NCBI GenBank assembly: GCA_033763315.1
Contig: JANRKS010000011.1
Coordinates: 32,001-96,000, forward strand
DNA from: Deltaproteobacteria bacterium
Lineage (GTDB): Bacteria > Myxococcota_A > Polyangia > Fen-1088
Length of the DNA stretch: 64,000 nt
Direction: 5' to 3'
Shown here in pieces: positions 38,068-45,389 of the stretch. The notes beneath the pieces were generated by a model. That model was not told the DNA's origin and searched no databases. It worked only from the letters and a program-made list of their open reading frames with translations. Every line of letters starts with the position of its first letter. The first letter of the stretch is position 1. The position numbers were made by a program, and so were the translations under genes.

Positions 38068-38799
38068 ATGTCATCAAACAACGGTGAAACCAAGAATCCA
38101 AGCCAAGCGCTGCTGCGCTTCGTTGAACAAGTGAAGAAGGACGTGGCCAAGGCCACCAAAATCCTGTGGGAAACGCGCACGCTCTCTGCGAGCCAAACGT
38201 TTCAAGCCTACCAGCGCGTGCCCGGTGAAGACATCTACGTCGCCGTCGGGTTTCCGAACGTGTGGGAGGACGGCGAAATCAAGGCGTCGGTGGCGGGGTT
38301 CGATGGCAGCACCTACTTGGGCAAGCCCCAGGGTGGGGCGGGGCGCTACACGAAGATCTTTGCAGCGTTTCCCCACGTCACCACCGTGATCCACGCGCAC
38401 ACGCCCGCGCTTGGCGCGTTTGCCAGTTCGCACACGCCGCTCACGATCAGGTACGTGCCGGTCACGCGCGAAACGGTGGCCAAGGAATTTCCGGTTTACG
38501 TCGATCGCCGCCAACCTGAGCAAGACTTCATCGTCGAACGTCTTCACGAAAATCCGCATCTTGAAGCTGTGGTGGAGGCGAACGGTGGCAGCACGTTCTG
38601 GGGCGACGGCGTTTTGCACGTGTCGCGCCGAATTGTGCTCATTGAAGAAGGCGCTCAATTTCAACTGCAAGCGCAGGCTTTCGGGGGCTCAAAGCCCTAC
38701 GGTGCGGGTGTGCTTGAGCAGCAGTGGAAGATGGGCCTTGTGCCGCGCGAATTGGCTGAGGCCGCGTTGGCCGCTGCCCGTTCATCGAACCCCTCGTGA
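38068..38799 (+). CDS. Class II aldolase/adducin-fold protein
   Basis: FPHVTTVIHAHTP, EEGA; AAGGA SD. Confidence 0.75.
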   Translation: MSSNNGETKNPSQALLRFVEQVKKDVAKATKILWETRTLSASQTFQAYQRVPGEDIYVAVGFPNVWEDGEIKASVAGFDGSTYLGKPQGGAGRYTKIFAAFPHVTTVIHAHTPALGAFASSHTPLTIRYVPVTRETVAKEFPVYVDRRQPEQDFIVERLHENPHLEAVVEANGGSTFWGDGVLHVSRRIVLIEEGAQFQLQAQAFGGSKPYGAGVLEQQWKMGLVPRELAEAALAAARSSNPS

Positions 38800-38816
38800 C
38801 GGATCCAGGACGAATC

Positions 38817-39902
38817 ATGCCACTTCAATTTCATTGGCAGATCCCCACGCGGGGCGACGGACGGTACGGCAACGCTCAACCGGTTCGTCGCGGCGAGCGT
38901 ACGCCGGGGCAGGGCTCTCCCTATTCCCCCGGCGTCACAGATCCACGCGGTGACCGCTTTAACTTCTTCGATCACGTCCACCAAGTGGCGCGTGCCACGG
39001 AGCTTTCGGGTTTCGATGCCGCGGTGGTAAGGCACGATGTGGCCGGCGACGAATCGTGGATTGTGGCCGGTTACGTGGCGCGGGGCACGCGGCGGTTAAA
39101 GCTCATCACCGAGTTCGAGGCTTCCTGGGGATCCTCGGTGTATGCCGCGAAAAACGCGGTCAGTTTCTCGCGCTTTACCGGTGGGCGCTTCGGCTGGCAG
39201 CTTGTGCCGGGAGCGGGTGCGGCCACGCGTTTGTTGTGGGGTGATCCGCTGGAGGAGGGCGACGTGCTGCCACGCATTGCCGAGTTTTTAACTGTCTCGC
39301 GTGGCGTGATTGCGGGTTCGCCGTTCTCTTTCAAGGGCCGCTTTTTCGAGGTCAAAGATGGTGGCTTCACCGGGAGCTTGGGCGACCATGCAGCGCCCAC
39401 AGTCTTTTTAGTGGGCGAGTCGGAAGCCGCTCTTTCTCTTTCGGCTGAGCACGCGGATGTGCACGTATTCGAGGCGTCTTCGTTGTCTGCACTTCGCGGA
39501 CATATTCATAGCTTGCGCGTATTGGCAAAGCGGCATGGTCGTGAAGTGAAAGCGGCGGTGCGCGTAGACGTGCTCGGTCGAGAGACCGAGAGCGAGGCTT
39601 TGTTCGACGCCAACCGCTACGCCGCCCAAAGCGGCAACCAAAATGCTCCCCGGACGACCGCGGGTTTGTGGACGGGGCTGGGCACCGACGTCACGGGCGC
39701 GGCGGCCACGCTGGTGGGCAGCTACACCCAAGTGGCGCAGCGGCTCAGTGAATACGTTGAGGCCGGTGTGGAGGTGTTTCAACTGGCCGGCGTGCCGCAC
39801 TTGGAAGAAGCGTTTCGCGTCGGCGCACACATACTGCCGCTTGTCCGCGAGCGCGCAAAATCATCCGTTTCACAACCCGCAAGCCCAAGGACGTTGTCAT
39901 GA
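38817..39902 (+). CDS. Luciferase-like flavin monooxygenase (divergent SsuD-like)
   Basis: FHWQIPTRGDGR, QVARATELSGFD, LVGSYTQVAQRL, PHLEEAFRVG. Confidence 0.85.
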   Translation: MPLQFHWQIPTRGDGRYGNAQPVRRGERTPGQGSPYSPGVTDPRGDRFNFFDHVHQVARATELSGFDAAVVRHDVAGDESWIVAGYVARGTRRLKLITEFEASWGSSVYAAKNAVSFSRFTGGRFGWQLVPGAGAATRLLWGDPLEEGDVLPRIAEFLTVSRGVIAGSPFSFKGRFFEVKDGGFTGSLGDHAAPTVFLVGESEAALSLSAEHADVHVFEASSLSALRGHIHSLRVLAKRHGREVKAAVRVDVLGRETESEALFDANRYAAQSGNQNAPRTTAGLWTGLGTDVTGAAATLVGSYTQVAQRLSEYVEAGVEVFQLAGVPHLEEAFRVGAHILPLVRERAKSSVSQPASPRTLS

Positions 39903-41026
39903 GCATTGATGTATTCTGGCGCTTGCCCACGCACGGCGAACCCGCCGAAGTGCGCAGCGCGGTTCCTTATCGCGGCGATGAATTTCCCGGCCTAGAGGCC
40001 CACTGGTATAGCTATATCGATTACCTGGCTGAGATCGCTCACGCGGCTGAAATCTCGGGCTTTCAAGGCGGTTTGATTCCGTCGTTTCCGATGACCGACG
40101 AGCCGTGGGTGATCTCATCCGTCTTGGCACGCGAAACAAAAACCTTTCGCTTCATGATTCCGTTTCAACCTGGGTTCTTGAACCCCGTGACGGCAGCGCG
40201 CATGACGGCAAGCTTGCAGCGGGCCACACGAGGCCGCGCGCTTTACAACGTCATCACCGGCGGCGGCGGGCCTTCGCAGCTGTGGTGGGGCGATGCTACG
40301 GGCCACGACGACCGCTACGGACGCACCACTGAATTTTTGGATGTGGTGCGCGGCGTATGGAAGGGGGGACCTTTCACATACGAGGGCAAGTTCTACAAAA
40401 CCAAGGACGCAGGGTTGCCTCACCCGCTATCTGAAGAAGAGTTTCCCGAGATCTACTTCTCTGGCTCCTCCGATGCCGCGCTGACTTCAGCGTCAAAGCA
40501 CGCTGATTTTTACCTTACATGGCTTGAGCCCTTCGCGGCCCTACTCGAAAAATTTGGCCGCGTACGCGAGAAAACCGCCGCTGCGGGCCGTCAGATTCGC
40601 TGCGCCGTTCGCGTCGACATCATCGCGCGCCCCACAGAAGAAGAAGCGTGGCGCGAGATCGAACGGGGCTTCAACGGCGTTGAGAAAAGCGCCCTTGAAC
40701 GTTTCCTAAAAGCGCCGCAACCGGGGGATAGCGTGGGGGCCAACCGCCAGCGTGCGGGGCGTCCGCAAGTTGTGAACGGCTACAAGGATCTCATCATCGA
40801 ACCCAACGTGTGGTCAGGTTTCAACCTGCTGCGGGGCGGGCAAACGCAAGGGATCGTGGGCAGCTACGAAAACGTCGCCGAGCGCTTGGACGATTTGGTG
40901 AAGCTCGGTGCAGACGCATTCATCCTCGCAAGCACGCCTCATCTTGAAGAGGCCTACCGGGTCGGCGAGGAAGTGTTGCCGCTTGTGCGCGGGCACGAGG
41001 CATCCACGCTCAAGGCCGTGGGCTGA
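39899..41026 (+). CDS. Luciferase-like flavin monooxygenase (SsuD-like)
   Basis: VFWRLPTHG, DYLAEIAHAAE, YFSGSSDAA, YLTWLEP, PHLEEAYRVGE. Confidence 0.88.
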   Translation: MSIDVFWRLPTHGEPAEVRSAVPYRGDEFPGLEAHWYSYIDYLAEIAHAAEISGFQGGLIPSFPMTDEPWVISSVLARETKTFRFMIPFQPGFLNPVTAARMTASLQRATRGRALYNVITGGGGPSQLWWGDATGHDDRYGRTTEFLDVVRGVWKGGPFTYEGKFYKTKDAGLPHPLSEEEFPEIYFSGSSDAALTSASKHADFYLTWLEPFAALLEKFGRVREKTAAAGRQIRCAVRVDIIARPTEEEAWREIERGFNGVEKSALERFLKAPQPGDSVGANRQRAGRPQVVNGYKDLIIEPNVWSGFNLLRGGQTQGIVGSYENVAERLDDLVKLGADAFILASTPHLEEAYRVGEEVLPLVRGHEASTLKAVG

Positions 41027-41044
41027 CCAACAAATCCACTGTGA

Positions 41045-41076
41045 GAAAGGCGGCGCCACCACCAGCGTCGCCTTTC
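41045..41076. terminator. Hairpin between convergent genes
   Basis: GAAAGGCGGCGC-N8-GCGTCGCCTTTC. Confidence 0.6.
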
Positions 41077-41097
41077 GTCGTTCGGCCTGACGCCAGG

Positions 41098-41418
41098 TCA
41101 GGCGGCCGCCAGGGCTGTCTTGGATTCAAGACGACGACTGAGAAGATCCTTTAATTTGGAGACCCCCAGCTTCCGCAGCAGCACCACAGGCCTGCCGGCT
41201 TCCTTGGCCAGCTTCCGTGTCTGAATCACGGCGAAATGGCTGTTGACGTCGGTGACGATGACCAGCACATCGGACCGTTCAACCAGGTTTTTCAGCCGGT
41301 GGTACGCGGGCCCGCTGGCCACGCCTGCATGTACTTCCAGCTCGTGCCCAGCATCATGCGCCACGTGGCGCAGCCGCTCCTCTAATCGATCCAATCCTCC
41401 AACGATACCGATATGCAT
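41098..41418 (-). CDS. DUF2325-like protein
   Basis: MHIGIVGG..SDVLVIVTDVNSH..AKEAGRPVV. Confidence 0.8.
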   Translation of the reverse strand: MHIGIVGGLDRLEERLRHVAHDAGHELEVHAGVASGPAYHRLKNLVERSDVLVIVTDVNSHFAVIQTRKLAKEAGRPVVLLRKLGVSKLKDLLSRRLESKTALAAA

Positions 41419-41452
41419 TGTCTCTTCTGCCTTTCCGTCCAAACTTTCCGTC

Positions 41453-41468
41453 AGCAAGTGCAATGCCA
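41453..41468 (-). promoter_or_regulatory. Sigma-54 promoter of the DUF2325-like gene
   Basis: Minus strand TGGCAT-TGCAC-TTGCT, near consensus. Confidence 0.75.
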
Positions 41469-41491
41469 ATTGCGTCGCGGCGGAAATTGCG

Positions 41492-41519
41492 CTAGACACA
41501 ATGTCTAGTTTAGCAGACA
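41492..41519. promoter_or_regulatory. Overlapping palindromes upstream of sfnR (candidate XRE-cupin operator)
   Basis: CTAGACA-N3-TGTCTAG (41492-41508) and TGTCT-N8-AGACA (41502-41519). Confidence 0.5.
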
Positions 41520-41530
41520 AGTGCAGCGCC

Positions 41531-42610
41531 ATGACAATTTTAACTCTCCCCAACGCCGAAGGCCGCTCGCTGACGGTACGCGCCAAGGCGCTGGTATTCG
41601 AAGACGAGCGCTCCCGCGCTTTGTTGCGCCGCCTTGAGCAGGTGGCGCCGAGCCACGCCACTGTCCTCGTGATCGGCGAGACCGGCACGGGTAAAGAAAT
41701 TGTGGCTCGCCACATCCACGAGTTGTCACCACGCGCCAGGGGGCCGTTTGTTGCCGTCAATTGCGGCGCTTTCAGCGAAACGCTGGTCGAAAGCGAGTTG
41801 TTCGGCCATGAAAAAGGCTCCTTCACGGGCGCCGTCAACACCAAGCAGGGCTGGTTTGAGGCCGCGGATGGGGGCACGCTGTTCCTCGATGAGATCGGCG
41901 ATCTTCCCGCCGCCGTGCAAGTGAAGCTGCTGCGCGTGTTGCAAGAGCGGGAGGTGGTGCGCGTGGGATCGCGCCAACCCATTCCGATCAACGTGCGTCT
42001 CGTTGCGGCCACCAACGTCAAGCTTGAACAGGCCGTCGCCGAGGGGCGTTTCCGCGAAGACTTGTATTACCGCTTGCGCGTTGCTGTCCTCGAGTTGCCC
42101 TCCCTGCGGGAACGGCCTGGCGACATCTTGCCGCTCGCTCGTTTTTTTCTAGAGCAGTACCGTCACCGTTTGGGCATCGCCGAGGTGAAAGTAACGCGCG
42201 AGGGTGAACGTCGGCTGTTGGCGCATAGCTGGCCTGGCAACATTCGCGAACTTGAAAACGTGATCCATTCCGCGCTTCTCGTGTGCCACGAAGGCTTGCT
42301 CGACGCGAAGGATCTGAACATCGGCACGGCCATCAGCCGTGAGGTCCCTACCGTTGGCAAAGAAACCAACCCCATCGAAAAGTTGGAAGCGGCGCTCTTG
42401 GCTTTGTTTGATGAAAACCCGCCCGAGCTGCACGCGAAGATTGAAGAGACGGTGATGCGCGTCGCGTTCGATTACTGCCACCGCAACCAACTGCAGACGG
42501 CACGGCTGCTTGGCATAAGCCGCAACATCGTGCGCGCGCGCTTGATCCAAATCGGCGAGCTGGCCGGCGTGTTGCGAGGCAGTGGTTCTGTGGAAGTGGC
42601 GGAGGACTGA
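41531..42610 (+). CDS. sfnR: Sigma-54 enhancer-binding protein lacking an N-terminal sensor domain (SfnR-like)
   Basis: ILTLP..VFEDERSRALL N-terminus, GETGTGKE, ESELFGHEKGSFTGA, WPGNIRELEN, C-terminal CHRNQLQTARLLGISRN. Confidence 0.8.
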   Translation: MTILTLPNAEGRSLTVRAKALVFEDERSRALLRRLEQVAPSHATVLVIGETGTGKEIVARHIHELSPRARGPFVAVNCGAFSETLVESELFGHEKGSFTGAVNTKQGWFEAADGGTLFLDEIGDLPAAVQVKLLRVLQEREVVRVGSRQPIPINVRLVAATNVKLEQAVAEGRFREDLYYRLRVAVLELPSLRERPGDILPLARFFLEQYRHRLGIAEVKVTREGERRLLAHSWPGNIRELENVIHSALLVCHEGLLDAKDLNIGTAISREVPTVGKETNPIEKLEAALLALFDENPPELHAKIEETVMRVAFDYCHRNQLQTARLLGISRNIVRARLIQIGELAGVLRGSGSVEVAED

Positions 42611-42647
42611 AGCGCAAAGGGAGGGGCTTCGTCCAAAGACGGTAAGG

Positions 42648-43352
42648 TTAGCCTGCGTCTTCGTTGTATGAGATCACGAGGTAGACGAGTGCCGGAAGCA
42701 AGCCCGGATTGCGGAATCGATGTGTCTCGTCTGAGTGAAACAAAAGCGCGTCCCCTTCGCCCAGCGTGAATGTTGCGGCACCAACATCAACATCAAGCGT
42801 GCCACGCACCACGATCAAGTTGTTGGTGGTTCCGAGCGGATGCGACAGCGGTTGGTCCTGGGCCTTGGGCGCCAGTTCCATCTCGTGAAACTCAACTTTG
42901 CGTGGCTCATCCGTCGGAAAGAGGGGGCGGGACACGAAGCTGCCATCCGCGTTTGTAAGGCGTTTGGCTTGCGAGGCGCGCAACACCACGGGGCCCGTAC
43001 GCTCCTGCGTGCTGACGAGCGTGGAGAAACTGATGTCGAGCGCGCGCGCCACTTTCCACAGCAGTGAGATCGTGGGCGTGCTTTGGCCGAGCTCAATCTG
43101 CGAAAGCATCGCGCGGCTCACGCCAGAGCGTTGCGCCAGGCGCTCAAGCGAAAGCCCCCGTCGCAGGCGCAGGCGGCGCAGGTTCACGCCAACAGCGATC
43201 GTGAGTTCTCGCCCCTCTTCGGCCAGCGCGACCCTGGCGTCGGGGCGCTGGCGGCCTCTGGGAGACGATCCGCTGCGGGCGCGTGGGTCCGAAGACAGTG
43301 CATCGCGGTTCACAGACGGGTCATCGCTGGCTTGGGATTTGGAAGAAATCAC
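42648..43352 (-). CDS. XRE-HTH + cupin transcriptional regulator (SutR/PuuR-like)
   Basis: LSLERLAQRSGVSRAMLSQIELGQSTPTISLLWKVARAL; C-terminal cupin. Confidence 0.9.
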   Translation of the reverse strand: MISSKSQASDDPSVNRDALSSDPRARSGSSPRGRQRPDARVALAEEGRELTIAVGVNLRRLRLRRGLSLERLAQRSGVSRAMLSQIELGQSTPTISLLWKVARALDISFSTLVSTQERTGPVVLRASQAKRLTNADGSFVSRPLFPTDEPRKVEFHEMELAPKAQDQPLSHPLGTTNNLIVVRGTLDVDVGAATFTLGEGDALLFHSDETHRFRNPGLLPALVYLVISYNEDAG

Positions 43353-43474
43353 TGCGTACGTCTCTTCTCTCTAATAACAGAAGTTTGTCTTTTTTAAATC
43401 AAAAGCGCCAGGGCGCCGCGGCTCGGGTCGTCGCGAAAACACGGCTTGGCGTTACGGTACGCCTGAAAGCCAAT

Positions 43475-43521
43475 TGCTGCTCCAGCAGCAGCCGAGAAGC
43501 AATGGTGCTGCCTTGGCAGCA
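43475..43521. promoter_or_regulatory. Tandem perfect palindromic activator sites
   Basis: TGCTGCTCCAGCAGCA (43475-43490) and TGCTGCCTTGGCAGCA (43506-43521), 31 bp apart. Confidence 0.78.
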
Positions 43522-43568
43522 GCGTACGCCGGCGCTAGCACCAGCAACCACGGCACTCATTAGATGTA

Positions 43569-43602
43569 TGGCGAATATCGTGCCGATGGCGTGCTTCCTG
43601 CA
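43569..43602 (+). promoter_or_regulatory. Two candidate sigma-54 -24/-12 elements
   Basis: TGGCGA-ATATC-GTGCC (43569-43584) and TGGCGT-GCTTC-CTGCA (43587-43602). Confidence 0.55.
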
Positions 43603-43688
43603 TTCGGCTGGTCGTGGGCGCATGTATGTCAACGTCTGCCCCTTGGGTGCGCACCCTGGAAAAATGTTTCAGCGACAACGATTCGGTC

Positions 43689-43722
43689 TTGAAAGAAGGA
43701 ATAATGTCTACTATAACGAACA
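43689..43722 (+). promoter_or_regulatory. Sigma-70-type promoter overlapped by a candidate operator
   Basis: TTGAAA-N17-TATAAC; imperfect palindrome TGTCTACTATAACGAACA (43705-43722) covers the -10. Confidence 0.55.
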
Positions 43723-44900
43723 ATATGAAAGGTCGCCACAGCGCGCGGGGCCCAAGCCTCCGGAATCGAATGATGGCCAAGTTAGGCGCCGTTGGTGCCG
43801 CGTCGGTTCTTTCGTTGGGTATCTCGGCTCAAGCAGGAGCCGTTGAGTGCAACGCCGTTGAGCCGGCTTTGGTGAACCCGATCTACGGCTTGGGTGGCAG
43901 CGCCACGCGGCCCTACATCAAAGAGCTGGCCACAGTGCTGGCGAACCAAACGCCTGCCGTCACCGTGCTCTACAACGACTCGGGTGGCGCTTGCACAGGG
44001 CCTTACGCTCTGATTCAAGGCGACAAAGCCTCGGGCTCTTTCCGCTACTGGGACAAGACGGGCAAAGAGTCCACGTGCACCTGGACCGCTGGCAGCGCCT
44101 CAGCGCCACCCGTTGCGTTCGCCAACATGGGTAACTCGATCGGTTTGTGCAAGACCAACGGGCAGGCCACTGTGCTCCCCCAGACGATTGCCGACGTGGA
44201 AGGTCCTGTGGTGGGCGTGAGCGTGATCGTGCCCAAAGCGAGCTCGGAGAACAGCATCAGCACCGAGGCTGCTTACTTTGTCTTTGGGTTTGGCAAAGCG
44301 GGGCAGGTCTCTCCGTGGCTCGATGACAATCTTATCATCCGCCGGAATGAGAATTCATTCGTGCAACTGTTCTTGGCCAAGGCAACAGGCGTTCCAGAGA
44401 CGAAGTTTAAAGGCATCGACGCGAAGACAAACCAGGCGTCGATTCAGTTGGTCAAGGACGCCGCCACCCCCAACGCAGCGATTGGCTTTGCCAGCTCCGA
44501 TGTTGCCGACGACAACCGCGCCTCCGTTAAGACGCTGGCCTACCAACACATAGGTCAAAGCTGCGGTTATCTGCCGGATTCGTCTAACACAGCGTTTGAT
44601 CGCAAGAACATCCGCGATGGCCACTACTACTTGTGGACCGCCCAACACTACTTCGCTTTCAAAGGCGCCACCGCGGGCACCTACGCTGATCCCAACGTTG
44701 AGAAGTTTTTGGGCCTGGCCACCGGCAAGGCCGTTCCACAGGGGGTTGATTGGATCAACCTCGTAAAGAAGTCGGGCGAAGTTCCTCGGTGCGCGATGAA
44801 AGTGTGGCGCGATGGCGACTTGGGCGAGCTTTACTCGTACCAAGATCCAAGCCCCTGCAGCGCTGCCTATGACGCGGCCCCAGGCAAAGTGGTGCAGTAA
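43704..44900 (+). CDS. Secreted PstS-like substrate-binding-fold protein with probable disulfides
   Basis: Signal peptide ending near AQA; GGSAT, SGGACTG, IIRRNENS, AIGF, IRDGHYYLW; start 43704 or 43725. Confidence 0.7.
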   Translation: MSTITNNMKGRHSARGPSLRNRMMAKLGAVGAASVLSLGISAQAGAVECNAVEPALVNPIYGLGGSATRPYIKELATVLANQTPAVTVLYNDSGGACTGPYALIQGDKASGSFRYWDKTGKESTCTWTAGSASAPPVAFANMGNSIGLCKTNGQATVLPQTIADVEGPVVGVSVIVPKASSENSISTEAAYFVFGFGKAGQVSPWLDDNLIIRRNENSFVQLFLAKATGVPETKFKGIDAKTNQASIQLVKDAATPNAAIGFASSDVADDNRASVKTLAYQHIGQSCGYLPDSSNTAFDRKNIRDGHYYLWTAQHYFAFKGATAGTYADPNVEKFLGLATGKAVPQGVDWINLVKKSGEVPRCAMKVWRDGDLGELYSYQDPSPCSAAYDAAPGKVVQ

Positions 44901-44930
44901 GCGCCGTTCATCAACTGGAAGAACACGACG

Positions 44931-45308
44931 ATGAAAACGAATCTTTCTGCATTAAAAATTGTTGGCTTTTTGGCCGTGACATCTGCTCTTGGGGGCCTGG
45001 CCCTGGTGGCCTGCTCCGATAGCGACAACCCCACACCAACGGATGGCGGCACGATAGACGGTGGCATCATTGTCATCGACACGGGCACGCCGAAAGACGC
45101 GCCTCCCGCCGCTGACACCTTGGTGCCAGACGCCTCGGGGGACACAAGCGGCGACACCAGTGGCGGTTTCGTGAATGGCTGCTGGGTAGGTCCGGCAACG
45201 AATAGCAACCAAGCCTTAAACGCTTGCACCGACGGCACCTGCACACCCTTCAACAACGTGCAGCGCTTGCCGCTTTACAACAACGGAAACCTCCCCGCCG
45301 TGCCCTAA
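44931..45308 (+). CDS. Small lipoprotein with C-terminal three-Cys domain
   Basis: Lipobox LVAC; Asp/Gly linker; LNACTD..C.PFNN..RLP. Confidence 0.75.
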   Translation: MKTNLSALKIVGFLAVTSALGGLALVACSDSDNPTPTDGGTIDGGIIVIDTGTPKDAPPAADTLVPDASGDTSGDTSGGFVNGCWVGPATNSNQALNACTDGTCTPFNNVQRLPLYNNGNLPAVP

Positions 45309-45329
45309 CAAAAAACGCTAGCCAAGTGC

Positions 45330-45370
45330 AAAGCCCTTGGCGACATACGCCAAGGGCTTTTTGTTTTCTT
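45330..45370 (+). terminator. Intrinsic terminator / stabilising hairpin inside the operon
   Basis: AAAGCCCTTGGCG-ACATA-CGCCAAGGGCTTT followed by TTGTTTTCTT. Confidence 0.8.
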
Positions 45371-45389
45371 ATTTTTCTCACCCCGCTCA

